64,000 nt of DNA from Limnothrix sp. BL-A-16 (lineage in GTDB: Bacteria; Cyanobacteriota; Cyanobacteriia; CACIAM-69d): NCBI GenBank assembly GCA_041937175.2, contig CP166615.1, forward strand, positions 3,296,001 through 3,360,000, written 5' to 3'. Position numbers and translations under genes: made by a program. This document shows, piece after piece, positions 48,744-57,309 of this stretch (its first letter is position 1; every line of letters starts with the position of its first letter). The notes under the pieces were generated by a model. It did not search any database. It saw nothing but the letters and a program-made list of their open reading frames with translations, and was not told the DNA's origin.

Positions 48744-49499
48744 TTACCCGTCCGCTGGTCGATCGGGATCGATGCCCAGGGCGCGTAACTGTTCCGCGAG
48801 GCGATCGGCTCGTTGGCGTTCCTGTTCAGCCCGTTGGCGTTCCTGTTCAGCCCGTTGGCGTTCTTCCTCGGCCCGTTGGGTGGCGGCTTCGGCACGCGAT
48901 CGCTCGTTCACCAGTTGCTCGCCCAATTCCGCATAGGTCAAAAAGGGCTGACCGTTGGGCTGAAACAGATTCAGGCTGGTTTCGGTGAATTCAAAACGGA
49001 TGCCCAAGCGTGGACTCACCCAATTTTCCATGGACTCGATCGGGGTCAGCCAGGGTGTCGGCGCTTCCCCGCGCAAAAACCCACTGAGTTCATGGCGATC
49101 GGGGTCGTAAAGGTAATATTCCTCGACTCCATGGCGATCGTAAAACGTCTGTTTTTTCAGCATTTCTGCTAATCGATTGCCGGGCGACAAAATCTCGAAC
49201 ACCACCTGCGGGGCGATGTTTCCTTCGCGCCATTGCATATAGGAACCCCGATCGCCCTTGGCCACCCCAAACACCACCATCACATCGGGCGCTTGGCGGG
49301 TTTTGTTGTCGCCTTCCACGGGATACCAAAGCAAGTCGCCGGCCACAAACACCTGATCATTCTGGGCAAAAATCCAATCCAGATTGCCTTGAATGACGGA
49401 AATCCAGCGAAATTGTTGGGTGTTGTCTGCCATTGGTTGGCCGTCGCTGTCGGGATAGATCACCGCTGGGGACGCTTGCGGATCCAGTTGAGCAATCAT
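48744..49499 (-). CDS. Uma2 family endonuclease with C-terminal AEQERQR heptad repeats
   Basis: YPDSDGQPMADNT, APDVMVVFG, PQVVFEILSP, with 21-bp repeats near 48810-48880. Confidence 0.93.
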   Translation of the reverse strand: MIAQLDPQASPAVIYPDSDGQPMADNTQQFRWISVIQGNLDWIFAQNDQVFVAGDLLWYPVEGDNKTRQAPDVMVVFGVAKGDRGSYMQWREGNIAPQVVFEILSPGNRLAEMLKKQTFYDRHGVEEYYLYDPDRHELSGFLRGEAPTPWLTPIESMENWVSPRLGIRFEFTETSLNLFQPNGQPFLTYAELGEQLVNERSRAEAATQRAEEERQRAEQERQRAEQERQRADRLAEQLRALGIDPDRPADG

Positions 49500-49575
49500 C
49501 GGGTGGGCCTCGCGGGTGTTGCGGTTGCGGTTTGGGCCGTGGCTCCCATTGTGCCGATTCGGGTTGGGTGGAGCC

Positions 49576-52500
49576 TCAGGAAATTCGCGGTTGATGCACT
49601 GATTCGGCGGGCATTTGTTGCACGATTTCCATGGTTTTGATGCTAACGGTGCAAACGCGCTGGATCAAATCGATCGCCCGTTCTTTGTAGTCGGCAAAGC
49701 GATAGGTGTTGAACAATTCGCGAATGGTGGGATCTTTGGGCGTTTTTTCTTTGTGTTGATCCAAGACCCATTCGATCGCGCTGCGGTTGCCAAGTTTGTA
49801 GTCCCAGGCGATCGGGGGAATGCCGCTGAGGGTGGTGAGCCGATCGATTTGAATGGTTCCCTTTGCTTTGTCGGCTTTTAGTTTGGGTGGGTTGGCTTTG
49901 TCGTCGGGGGGCAGGTCGGTGCGATCGAGCGGGTAGGGTTCGATCGTTTCGTAGTTGATGTGCCAATCCATCAGGTCGCGGCCCCAGTTTGCCCATTGCC
50001 AAAAGTCTTCGTAAAGGGGCAGTCGGGGAAAGTCGCGTTTGAGGTTAATTTCGTATTTTTGCCGATAGGCGGGATGGTGCAAAACGGCGTAGGTGTAATG
50101 GAAAATATCAAGCCGTTGAATCTGGGAATCCTGATAGTTTTCGCGGAATTGTTGCAGCGCCCAATCGGTGATGTTTTCGCTGCGATTGCCGTCGCGATCG
50201 TAGGTATAAATTGGTAGGCACTGTGTACCACCTGACGCGGGACTAATACAGTTTAAATCGGGTATTAAATCAGTACAAATTACAGAAAATGGCTTGCCTT
50301 CCGGTTGTCCCATGAATCCAATTAGAAAATTTTTAGATTCTAGAGCTGGATAGAGAGAGAAAACTTGATAGGTCATGCCATTAAAATGCCTATCAAAATA
50401 TAAGTATTGAGCGCAGAAGTAACGATAAAGAGACTTTCTCACTGAAGATTCTGAGAAATTCTTTTGAACTTTATTTCCTAAATATTTTTCGGTTTCGCGA
50501 TCCCACTTGATATCAAGAGATTCGCGGCGTTTGCCAGTTTTTAGGCGCTCTTGATAGGCAGCGATCATGTATTTGACTTTCTGCTCAAGATGTTCACGCG
50601 AGAAATCATAAACCCACTCATCTCGCTGGGTTGCAACACCTCGTGAAAATAGACGAAAGATCGCTTGATCGCCCCGGCCTGCCTTCACTTCTTTATCCAC
50701 CAACGGCAACAACACATCAAAATCATTATCCGTCTGATTAATCCAGTTTTGTTTGGCATCAGGCTTGATCCGCACCATCTCGGACTTTGCCAGCAATTTC
50801 AGCGAACTTTCAGCCAAAAACCGCAGCTTTTCCTTAGCCGTCGCCATTTCCGGCTGATCGATATAGAAAATTCGGCAATTGCGTTTTTCGCCCGCTTCAA
50901 CCGGCAATTTCACACAAAAAGCGATCGCCACACCCGCTTGAATCCCAAAAACATTGTGCGTCGTGCCCGAAAGCTTCGGATTTTCGCGAACATCACCCCC
51001 CAAATCAATCAAATAAATATAGTCAAATTCTTCTGAACAACACTTCCGAAACCCATCAAAAGCACGGGAGTTAATAAACGATCGATTCGTAATAAATGCA
51101 ATAATTCCCTGACCACGCAGGCGATCCACTGCCCAGCGATAAAACCGCACATACATATCGTAAACAGCGATCTGATTTTGAGCTGTTCCTTTTTTGATGT
51201 AGGTTTCCTTAACCCGTTGATCAATTTCCTTGTAAGGACGATTCGGATTACGGAGATTAAAATTTTCCTGCCAAGCGTTGTAGGGCGGATTGCCAATAAT
51301 CACCGTCAAATCTTCCGCATTTTGCCGCCGAATCCGTTCCGTGTTTTCCACCGAAATCGAAAACAGATCCTTTTGCTCCTCCTTCAGTCCCGCATGATCC
51401 AACGTATCCAAAAAACAAATATTGTTAAATTCCTCGTAGTTTTTCGTTTTCTGCTGATAGCAATATTCAATATTCAAATTCGCAATGTAGTACGGCAAAA
51501 TCGCCACCTCATTGCAAAACAAATCCTCTCGATATTTTTGCTCTAGCGTTGGTGGCGATAAATATTCAATCAACTCCGTAATAAACGTCCCCGTCCCCGT
51601 CGCCGGATCGAGAATCTTCACCCCTAGCTCTGACAAATACCGATTGAAGTGTTTCTCTAGTAGGTGATCCGTTCCCTCAATCATGAACTTCACAATCTCC
51701 GACGGCGTGTAGACAATCCCCAGCCGATCGGCCGCCTTCGGGTTATAGGCCTTATAGAAATTCTCGTAAACCGACTTCAGAAACTCTTGCTTCTCGTGAT
51801 GATCCGAGATCGCCGCCGATCGCTGCCGAATAATTCCGTAATAGTGGTTGATCGACTTCAGCACATTTCGCCGCAACCCACCCGTAAAAAACGTGTCCAC
51901 CACCGATTGCACTTGCCGCGCAATGTTGTTATCCCGGTGAAATTGCGCGTCATTAAACACATTCAGGAAAATATCCTCAGACAAAATATGCTGAATCAAA
52001 ATTTCCTGAATATCAAACAATGTGATTTGCGGATTAATTGAGGTTTTGCAGGTTTCCCAAAACCGATCGCGCAACTCCAAAAACTGCTGATTGCTGGTTT
52101 CTTCTTGGGCGATCGTCTCCCGCAACACCTCCACAATTTGCGGCAAATCCTCCCGAAACTTCTCGATCGCCTGCCGGAATCCCTTCACCTCCGGCCGCTC
52201 ATAATCCAAAAACTGATTCAGGCAACGATCCAACGCCGCCGCATCCGCTAATTCAATCCGAAAGGCTTCCTCACCGCTTTGAATGAGAACCGCCTTTTCG
52301 GTATTTTCAAATAAAATATTGTCGTCGGGATAGCCCTTTTCAAATTTGGCGGCGATTTCCCGATCTAAATCGTCCTTGGTGTCCTTCGCTTCCCAGTAGC
52401 CCAAATCGAACCGCAGGGCATTTTTCACCACCCCATCAAACTTGATGATGTTGCCTCGGGCTGTGCGAGTCGCAATTTCTTCGACCAATCGATAGTTACG

Positions 52501-52626
52501 CGGCCGGCAATAACTATCCAGCAAATTGGCAAAGGATTTTCGCAAATTGCCTTCATTACTCTGCCCGCCATATTGCTTGCGCTCGGCCAAATCCGCATAG
52601 TAGCGATCGATGAGCAAGCGCGACAT
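49576..52626 (-). CDS. Fused restriction-modification enzyme (Type IIG / Type ISP-like, no helicase), N6-adenine methyltransferase
   Basis: N-terminal FDG..WEAKD nuclease motif, GIVYTP, LDPATGTGTF, IGNPPY, and a LlaBIII-like C-terminus (YTYAVLHHPAYR..DFPRLP..GNRSAIEWVLDQ). Confidence 0.9.
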   Translation of the reverse strand: MSRLLIDRYYADLAERKQYGGQSNEGNLRKSFANLLDSYCRPRNYRLVEEIATRTARGNIIKFDGVVKNALRFDLGYWEAKDTKDDLDREIAAKFEKGYPDDNILFENTEKAVLIQSGEEAFRIELADAAALDRCLNQFLDYERPEVKGFRQAIEKFREDLPQIVEVLRETIAQEETSNQQFLELRDRFWETCKTSINPQITLFDIQEILIQHILSEDIFLNVFNDAQFHRDNNIARQVQSVVDTFFTGGLRRNVLKSINHYYGIIRQRSAAISDHHEKQEFLKSVYENFYKAYNPKAADRLGIVYTPSEIVKFMIEGTDHLLEKHFNRYLSELGVKILDPATGTGTFITELIEYLSPPTLEQKYREDLFCNEVAILPYYIANLNIEYCYQQKTKNYEEFNNICFLDTLDHAGLKEEQKDLFSISVENTERIRRQNAEDLTVIIGNPPYNAWQENFNLRNPNRPYKEIDQRVKETYIKKGTAQNQIAVYDMYVRFYRWAVDRLRGQGIIAFITNRSFINSRAFDGFRKCCSEEFDYIYLIDLGGDVRENPKLSGTTHNVFGIQAGVAIAFCVKLPVEAGEKRNCRIFYIDQPEMATAKEKLRFLAESSLKLLAKSEMVRIKPDAKQNWINQTDNDFDVLLPLVDKEVKAGRGDQAIFRLFSRGVATQRDEWVYDFSREHLEQKVKYMIAAYQERLKTGKRRESLDIKWDRETEKYLGNKVQKNFSESSVRKSLYRYFCAQYLYFDRHFNGMTYQVFSLYPALESKNFLIGFMGQPEGKPFSVICTDLIPDLNCISPASGGTQCLPIYTYDRDGNRSENITDWALQQFRENYQDSQIQRLDIFHYTYAVLHHPAYRQKYEINLKRDFPRLPLYEDFWQWANWGRDLMDWHINYETIEPYPLDRTDLPPDDKANPPKLKADKAKGTIQIDRLTTLSGIPPIAWDYKLGNRSAIEWVLDQHKEKTPKDPTIRELFNTYRFADYKERAIDLIQRVCTVSIKTMEIVQQMPAESVHQPRIS

Positions 52627-52825
52627 ATCCCAATCTCCCAGCCAAAATGCGGACATCCCACCCGCAAAGATCCTGATTTTTTGTATCACATTTCAGGAAG
52701 CCGTAGTGCATGGGAGAAGGCTTGGCGCAAACCAACCCTTTTGCCTCATCTCCCCTGCACCGCAATCGATCGATCAAACCACCCCTTTCCCCAGGTCTGT
52801 TGAATCCAGAACCGTTGATTAACCC

Positions 52826-55279
52826 CTATCGATCGTTTGAGCGATCAGCGAGGGGCGATCGGGCACGGGTCATCACGCCCGTGGCTTGGCTGTTCATGCG
52901 CACGGCCCGGGCAGCGGCTTGGGACAGGGTGTTCACCTCGTGCAAAAGGCGCTCCGGGTCGAACTTTTCTCCCAGCACCACATCCACTGTCAGATTGGGA
53001 TGATCGACCAAAATCGGTGAGGCCTCGGCGCGATCGCCCAACAGCAGCACTTGCACTCGGGGCGCTTGGCGGCGCAATCCGGCCACCACTTCCCAACCAT
53101 CCATACCCGGCAGCCGCAAACTGACGATCACCACCTGGGGTTGCAACACATCCAATTGGGACAAGGCGATCGCCCCGTCTGGAGTCCAAACCACTTGGTA
53201 CCCAGCCGCCATCAGCAGCTCACAAACGGCGATCGCCCGCTCCTCCTGAGCATCAATGAGGATCACCGAGCCTGACGGCCGCCAATCTACCGGTTCTTCC
53301 ACATGGGGGACGGCGGGTTGCTCGATGGTGGGGGCTTGGGAGGGAATTCCCACCGTGAAAGTCGATCCCCGATCGGGCAAAGAATCCACCTCAATCCAAC
53401 CCTTGTGCAGATCCACTAACTGCTTGGTCAGGGCCAAGCCCAAGCCCAAGCCGTCGTAGACCCGCCCGTAGGACGGATCGAACTGGTGAAACATCTCAAA
53501 GAGTTGCGGAATCCAATCCTCAGGAATGCCGATGCCCGTGTCTTCCACTTGCAACATCAACAGGTCTTGTTCTCGCCAAACCCGCACGATCGCCTGGCCA
53601 CCCTCGGGTGTGAACTTGATCGCATTGCCCAACAGATTCCCAAGAATTTGCCGCACACGATGGCAATCGGCCGAAAAGCGATCATCCTTCGCCAAAATTT
53701 GCACTTCCAGCAGCAGTTCAACACCGCGCTCAATGGCATGGGGCCGCTCGCCATTCACCACCGAGTAAACCAATTGGGTAATTGAAAAATCGCTGACACT
53801 CAACACGGTGCGCCCGGCTTCCACCTGCGACATTTCCAGCAAGTCTTCAATTAGCTTCAGCAAATGCTCACCGCTGTCATGGATGGTTTGCAAATAGTCG
53901 CGCTGTTTTTGGTTCAGTTGCCCAAAAGACCAGCGCAACAGGGTAGCCGACAGGCCAATCACACAGGTTAGGGGGGTGCGCAGCTCGTGGCTGATGGTGG
54001 CTAAAAATTCACTCTTGGCCCGGGCGGCCGACTTGGCCGCCAGCAGGGCTTCCTGCAAAACCCGCGTTTGGGTGTTGATTTGCTGACCGAGGGTTTGTTG
54101 TTGCTGCTGCAAGGTGGCATCCAGATGGGCGGCCCGCACGGCCACAGCCAACCCCTGGGCGATTTGTTGGGCTAGGCTCACTTCTTCGGGAGTCCAAAGC
54201 CGGGCCCGATCGCACTGATGGAGCACCAAAAATCCCCATAACCCCACCGAGCCACGCATGGGAGCCAAAATCGGCACGGCCAGTTGGGCCCGCGCCGCCC
54301 GATCGCGCCCCCCATCGTTCACAATCCAGGTTTCCTGTTCCTGCGATCGCCATTGGGGTTCAAAGTCATCCACAAAGCAGCGATCGGCCCCCTCATAGAG
54401 CACCGAAGCCACCTGGTCGTCCAAACGCGCTTCATAGGTCACGCAATCGCGAGTCATTTGCCAGTTGGGATCCTCCCAAGGGGATGGCATCCCCGCCGCC
54501 TGATCCGCCTGTCGCCAGAGCCGAATGGACTGTAACCGCGCCTGAAATTGATAGATCAACGCTCGATCGACCCGTAAGCCCTGACAGAGGGTTTGCAAGG
54601 CGCGGTCAATCACCACGGGCAATTCCTGTTCCTGAACAATCCCCACCAGCAGATCAATCAGGTGGCGATCGCCCTCCCCAACCCGAGGCGCAGGGGCATT
54701 GGTTAACAAAGGAGCGGTTAGGGCCTGCGTCCAAGTGGCCAGCCATCGCACCAATACGGCCGACTGGAGCGACGCATTGGCCTTATGCCAGCCCTGGGGG
54801 ATTTTCAGCAATCCCCGTTCCTTCATCAGGGCTTGAATGGCCCGGCGATCGTCCGTCAGCCGCAGGTGATAGATCCCCGGATGGAGCGTGGTTTGATCTA
54901 AGCCCTGGCGTAGGGTTTGGTGAGTGGTGATTGCTGGATCCTCGATCGGTCCGCGGCCGCTGGCTTTGTGGCCGCGGCCCCGCCCCCGGCGCATCGATAA
55001 TTCCGGCGCTTCTGTTGCCATCCCGGTTGGATCCTCGCCCTCGCTCGATCGCTCCATGGTCAACAACCAAGCCAGTCCCGGCCCCGTCACCAGGGCAAAA
55101 GCGGGCTGTTGTCGCTTCCCGATCGTCGCGTCCCCTTCTGTAGCGATCGCCCCGGATTCCGGCAAATTGCCTAATTCCTGGAGACAATCCAACGTTGACT
55201 GCCAGAGCAGCGATCGCACCTGTTGACAGCCCTCCGCCGTCAAGGTCCATTGCAGTGATTGCGCAAACGAGCCACTCAT
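52826..55279 (-). CDS. cikA: Circadian input kinase CikA-like GAF histidine kinase with pseudo-receiver
   Basis: GAF (DRALIYQF..CVTYEAR..RCF), SHELRTPLTCVIGLSATLLRW, HATPase, and a C-terminal receiver lacking the phosphoacceptor Asp (VIVSLRLP). Confidence 0.85.
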   Translation of the reverse strand: MSGSFAQSLQWTLTAEGCQQVRSLLWQSTLDCLQELGNLPESGAIATEGDATIGKRQQPAFALVTGPGLAWLLTMERSSEGEDPTGMATEAPELSMRRGRGRGHKASGRGPIEDPAITTHQTLRQGLDQTTLHPGIYHLRLTDDRRAIQALMKERGLLKIPQGWHKANASLQSAVLVRWLATWTQALTAPLLTNAPAPRVGEGDRHLIDLLVGIVQEQELPVVIDRALQTLCQGLRVDRALIYQFQARLQSIRLWRQADQAAGMPSPWEDPNWQMTRDCVTYEARLDDQVASVLYEGADRCFVDDFEPQWRSQEQETWIVNDGGRDRAARAQLAVPILAPMRGSVGLWGFLVLHQCDRARLWTPEEVSLAQQIAQGLAVAVRAAHLDATLQQQQQTLGQQINTQTRVLQEALLAAKSAARAKSEFLATISHELRTPLTCVIGLSATLLRWSFGQLNQKQRDYLQTIHDSGEHLLKLIEDLLEMSQVEAGRTVLSVSDFSITQLVYSVVNGERPHAIERGVELLLEVQILAKDDRFSADCHRVRQILGNLLGNAIKFTPEGGQAIVRVWREQDLLMLQVEDTGIGIPEDWIPQLFEMFHQFDPSYGRVYDGLGLGLALTKQLVDLHKGWIEVDSLPDRGSTFTVGIPSQAPTIEQPAVPHVEEPVDWRPSGSVILIDAQEERAIAVCELLMAAGYQVVWTPDGAIALSQLDVLQPQVVIVSLRLPGMDGWEVVAGLRRQAPRVQVLLLGDRAEASPILVDHPNLTVDVVLGEKFDPERLLHEVNTLSQAAARAVRMNSQATGVMTRARSPLADRSNDR

Positions 55280-56253
55280 GATCGGTACGCTGGCAGACAG
55301 CGTTCTAGGGGATGGCAGAAACTCCCAAATTCAACGTAGATTTGCGTAAATTCAGGCAGCCTGTAACGGATAAACGGTTCAACCTCAATCACCAAATTCA
55401 GCCACACCATTCAGATTGTCATGACACATTTGACCGTTGTTTGAGGCGTTGACAACTGGGATCGTCCCGGCAGTGAAAGCTTAATGGCAGCCAACTGATC
55501 CAGAACTTGATTCCGGCAGATACGGGGTCAAAGTGAAACAGTGCGCTAACTCGTCCTAACTAGAGGTTTTCTCAATGGGGCTAGGGAATGAGAATTGTTT
55601 TGAAATCACTCACTCAACCCAAAGCCGCCGAAAAATACCTTTTTTCCTGGTAGCCAACACGAAATAGGGCCAAGGGCATTGACAAAAACATCAAAAGAGA
55701 ATCGCCAAACAGATGAGAAATGCCCTGTAGTCGCCTCTTTGACCAGTAGCAACGATCACGAAGCCCAATGGCGGATGGAGCCATCCCGAATCAATATTCT
55801 CTATTTGAGTAATTCTAAGATAGTCAATTTACGAGGAAATTAATCTAAAAAGTTTCTGGATTCTGATTCTGTCATTGAATCAGGCTCTTCCAAATTCAAT
55901 CCGGATCACTTAAGGAATGAAAGATTCTGAAATCATGACAAAAATTTTATTCAATAAATGGGCAATCAGTGTGACCTTTTTGAGGTTTTCCAACTAAATT
56001 TCAAGATTATTCTCAAGATCCACAAGGTTATTCATGTAGTTTTCAACAGAAGAAAGGTTCAAAACTTTTTGAAACGAAACAAAACATTACAATTAATCAC
56101 CGCAATCAATACCTGTGATCAATTTTTCAAGAAAATCTAACTCAGAAGCTCAATTAATTTCAGGTTAACGACATGATAATTGCAGATTTATTTCGTAGCA
56201 ATGGTGCATCAGAATCGGTAAATGATGCATTGATGGCGTATTAATTGCATATC

Positions 56254-56286
56254 AATTTCAGATTAATTTCAGATTAATTTCAGATC
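56254..56286. repeat. Three direct 11-bp repeats aatttcagat(t/c)
   Basis: Seen directly at 56254, 56265 and 56276. Confidence 0.85.
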
Positions 56287-56423
56287 AACGACGCAGCCCC
56301 AACAGGGTAGCAACGTGGTAATGGCGGAGGGATGGGGGAGAAGTTGTGGAGAAATTGTGGAGAAATACGTAATTAATGCGTAATTTAGGATGGCGTTGAG
56401 GTCTTTTTGAGTTGGGTTCTTTC

Positions 56424-57182
56424 ATGGAACCAGTGGATTTGTTGTGGCTGGGAGGATTGGCGTTGGGGACAGTGGGCCTCTGCGCCAGTCAGGGCTTGGG
56501 GCTAACGCAGGCTTGGGGCCGGGCGATCGGGCGGGCCCTGTTGCAACTCACGGCGGTGGGCAGTTTGTTGGCCTTGGTTTGGGCGGCTCCGTCTCCGGGC
56601 AGCCTGGCGATCGCCCTGGGGGGATTGTGGGGGCTGGCGGTGGTTTCCGCCCACCAACAGATGGGGCAACGATGGCCCCAACTCTTGCCCTGGCTGTTGG
56701 GCGGGCTGTTGGGGGCCGGACTGGTGGCCAGTGTGCCGGTGGTGCTGTTGGTGCTGCGGCCGGGTCAGTGGTTTGAGCCTCGGGTTTGGGTTCCCGTTTG
56801 GGCTGTGGTGTTGGGGGCGGCGGCCCATGGGGCGGCGATCGCGGGGGAACAGGTGATGATGGCAGCCCGATCGCACCGCAACGACATTGAACAGCGATTG
56901 AGCTTGGGAGCCACGACCCAACAGGCGATCGCCCCCCATCGTCGCGCGGCCCTGCGATCGGCCCTTGTGCCAACCTTGAACGGGTTCACCAGTGCGGGGC
57001 TATTCACGTTGCCTGGTTTGGTGAGTGGGGCCCTGCTGGGAGGCATGGATCCCTTGACGGCCGTGTCGGTGCAGCTATTGGTGATGGTGGCGGCGGCGCT
57101 GGCTGTCTCCGTTGGTGCGCTGGTGGTGGCCTGGGGGGCTGGTCGTTTGTGTTTTGACCCGATCGCCCAACGATTGCGCTAG
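56424..57182 (+). CDS. UPF0014/FetB-type ABC transporter permease
   Basis: RALLQL, IEQRLSLGAT, RSALVPTLN..GLFTLPGLVSGALLGG.DPLTAV. Confidence 0.85.
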   Translation: MEPVDLLWLGGLALGTVGLCASQGLGLTQAWGRAIGRALLQLTAVGSLLALVWAAPSPGSLAIALGGLWGLAVVSAHQQMGQRWPQLLPWLLGGLLGAGLVASVPVVLLVLRPGQWFEPRVWVPVWAVVLGAAAHGAAIAGEQVMMAARSHRNDIEQRLSLGATTQQAIAPHRRAALRSALVPTLNGFTSAGLFTLPGLVSGALLGGMDPLTAVSVQLLVMVAAALAVSVGALVVAWGAGRLCFDPIAQRLR

Positions 57183-57309
57183 AGCGATCGCGCTAGAACG
57201 ATCGCCCAACGATCGCGCTGGGCCGATGACGCTAGGGCGAATTGAGTCAACTTGCACCAACTTGTAACAAGGGGCGGACTACAAGGAACGGAGTTGCCCC
57301 GTGGCGTGG

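Noticed and set aside
47081..52626. Possible genomic island integrated at tRNA-Gly including the restriction-modification gene
   Set aside because: No integrase or duplicated tRNA 3' end was seen, and the housekeeping gene ribD lies in between.
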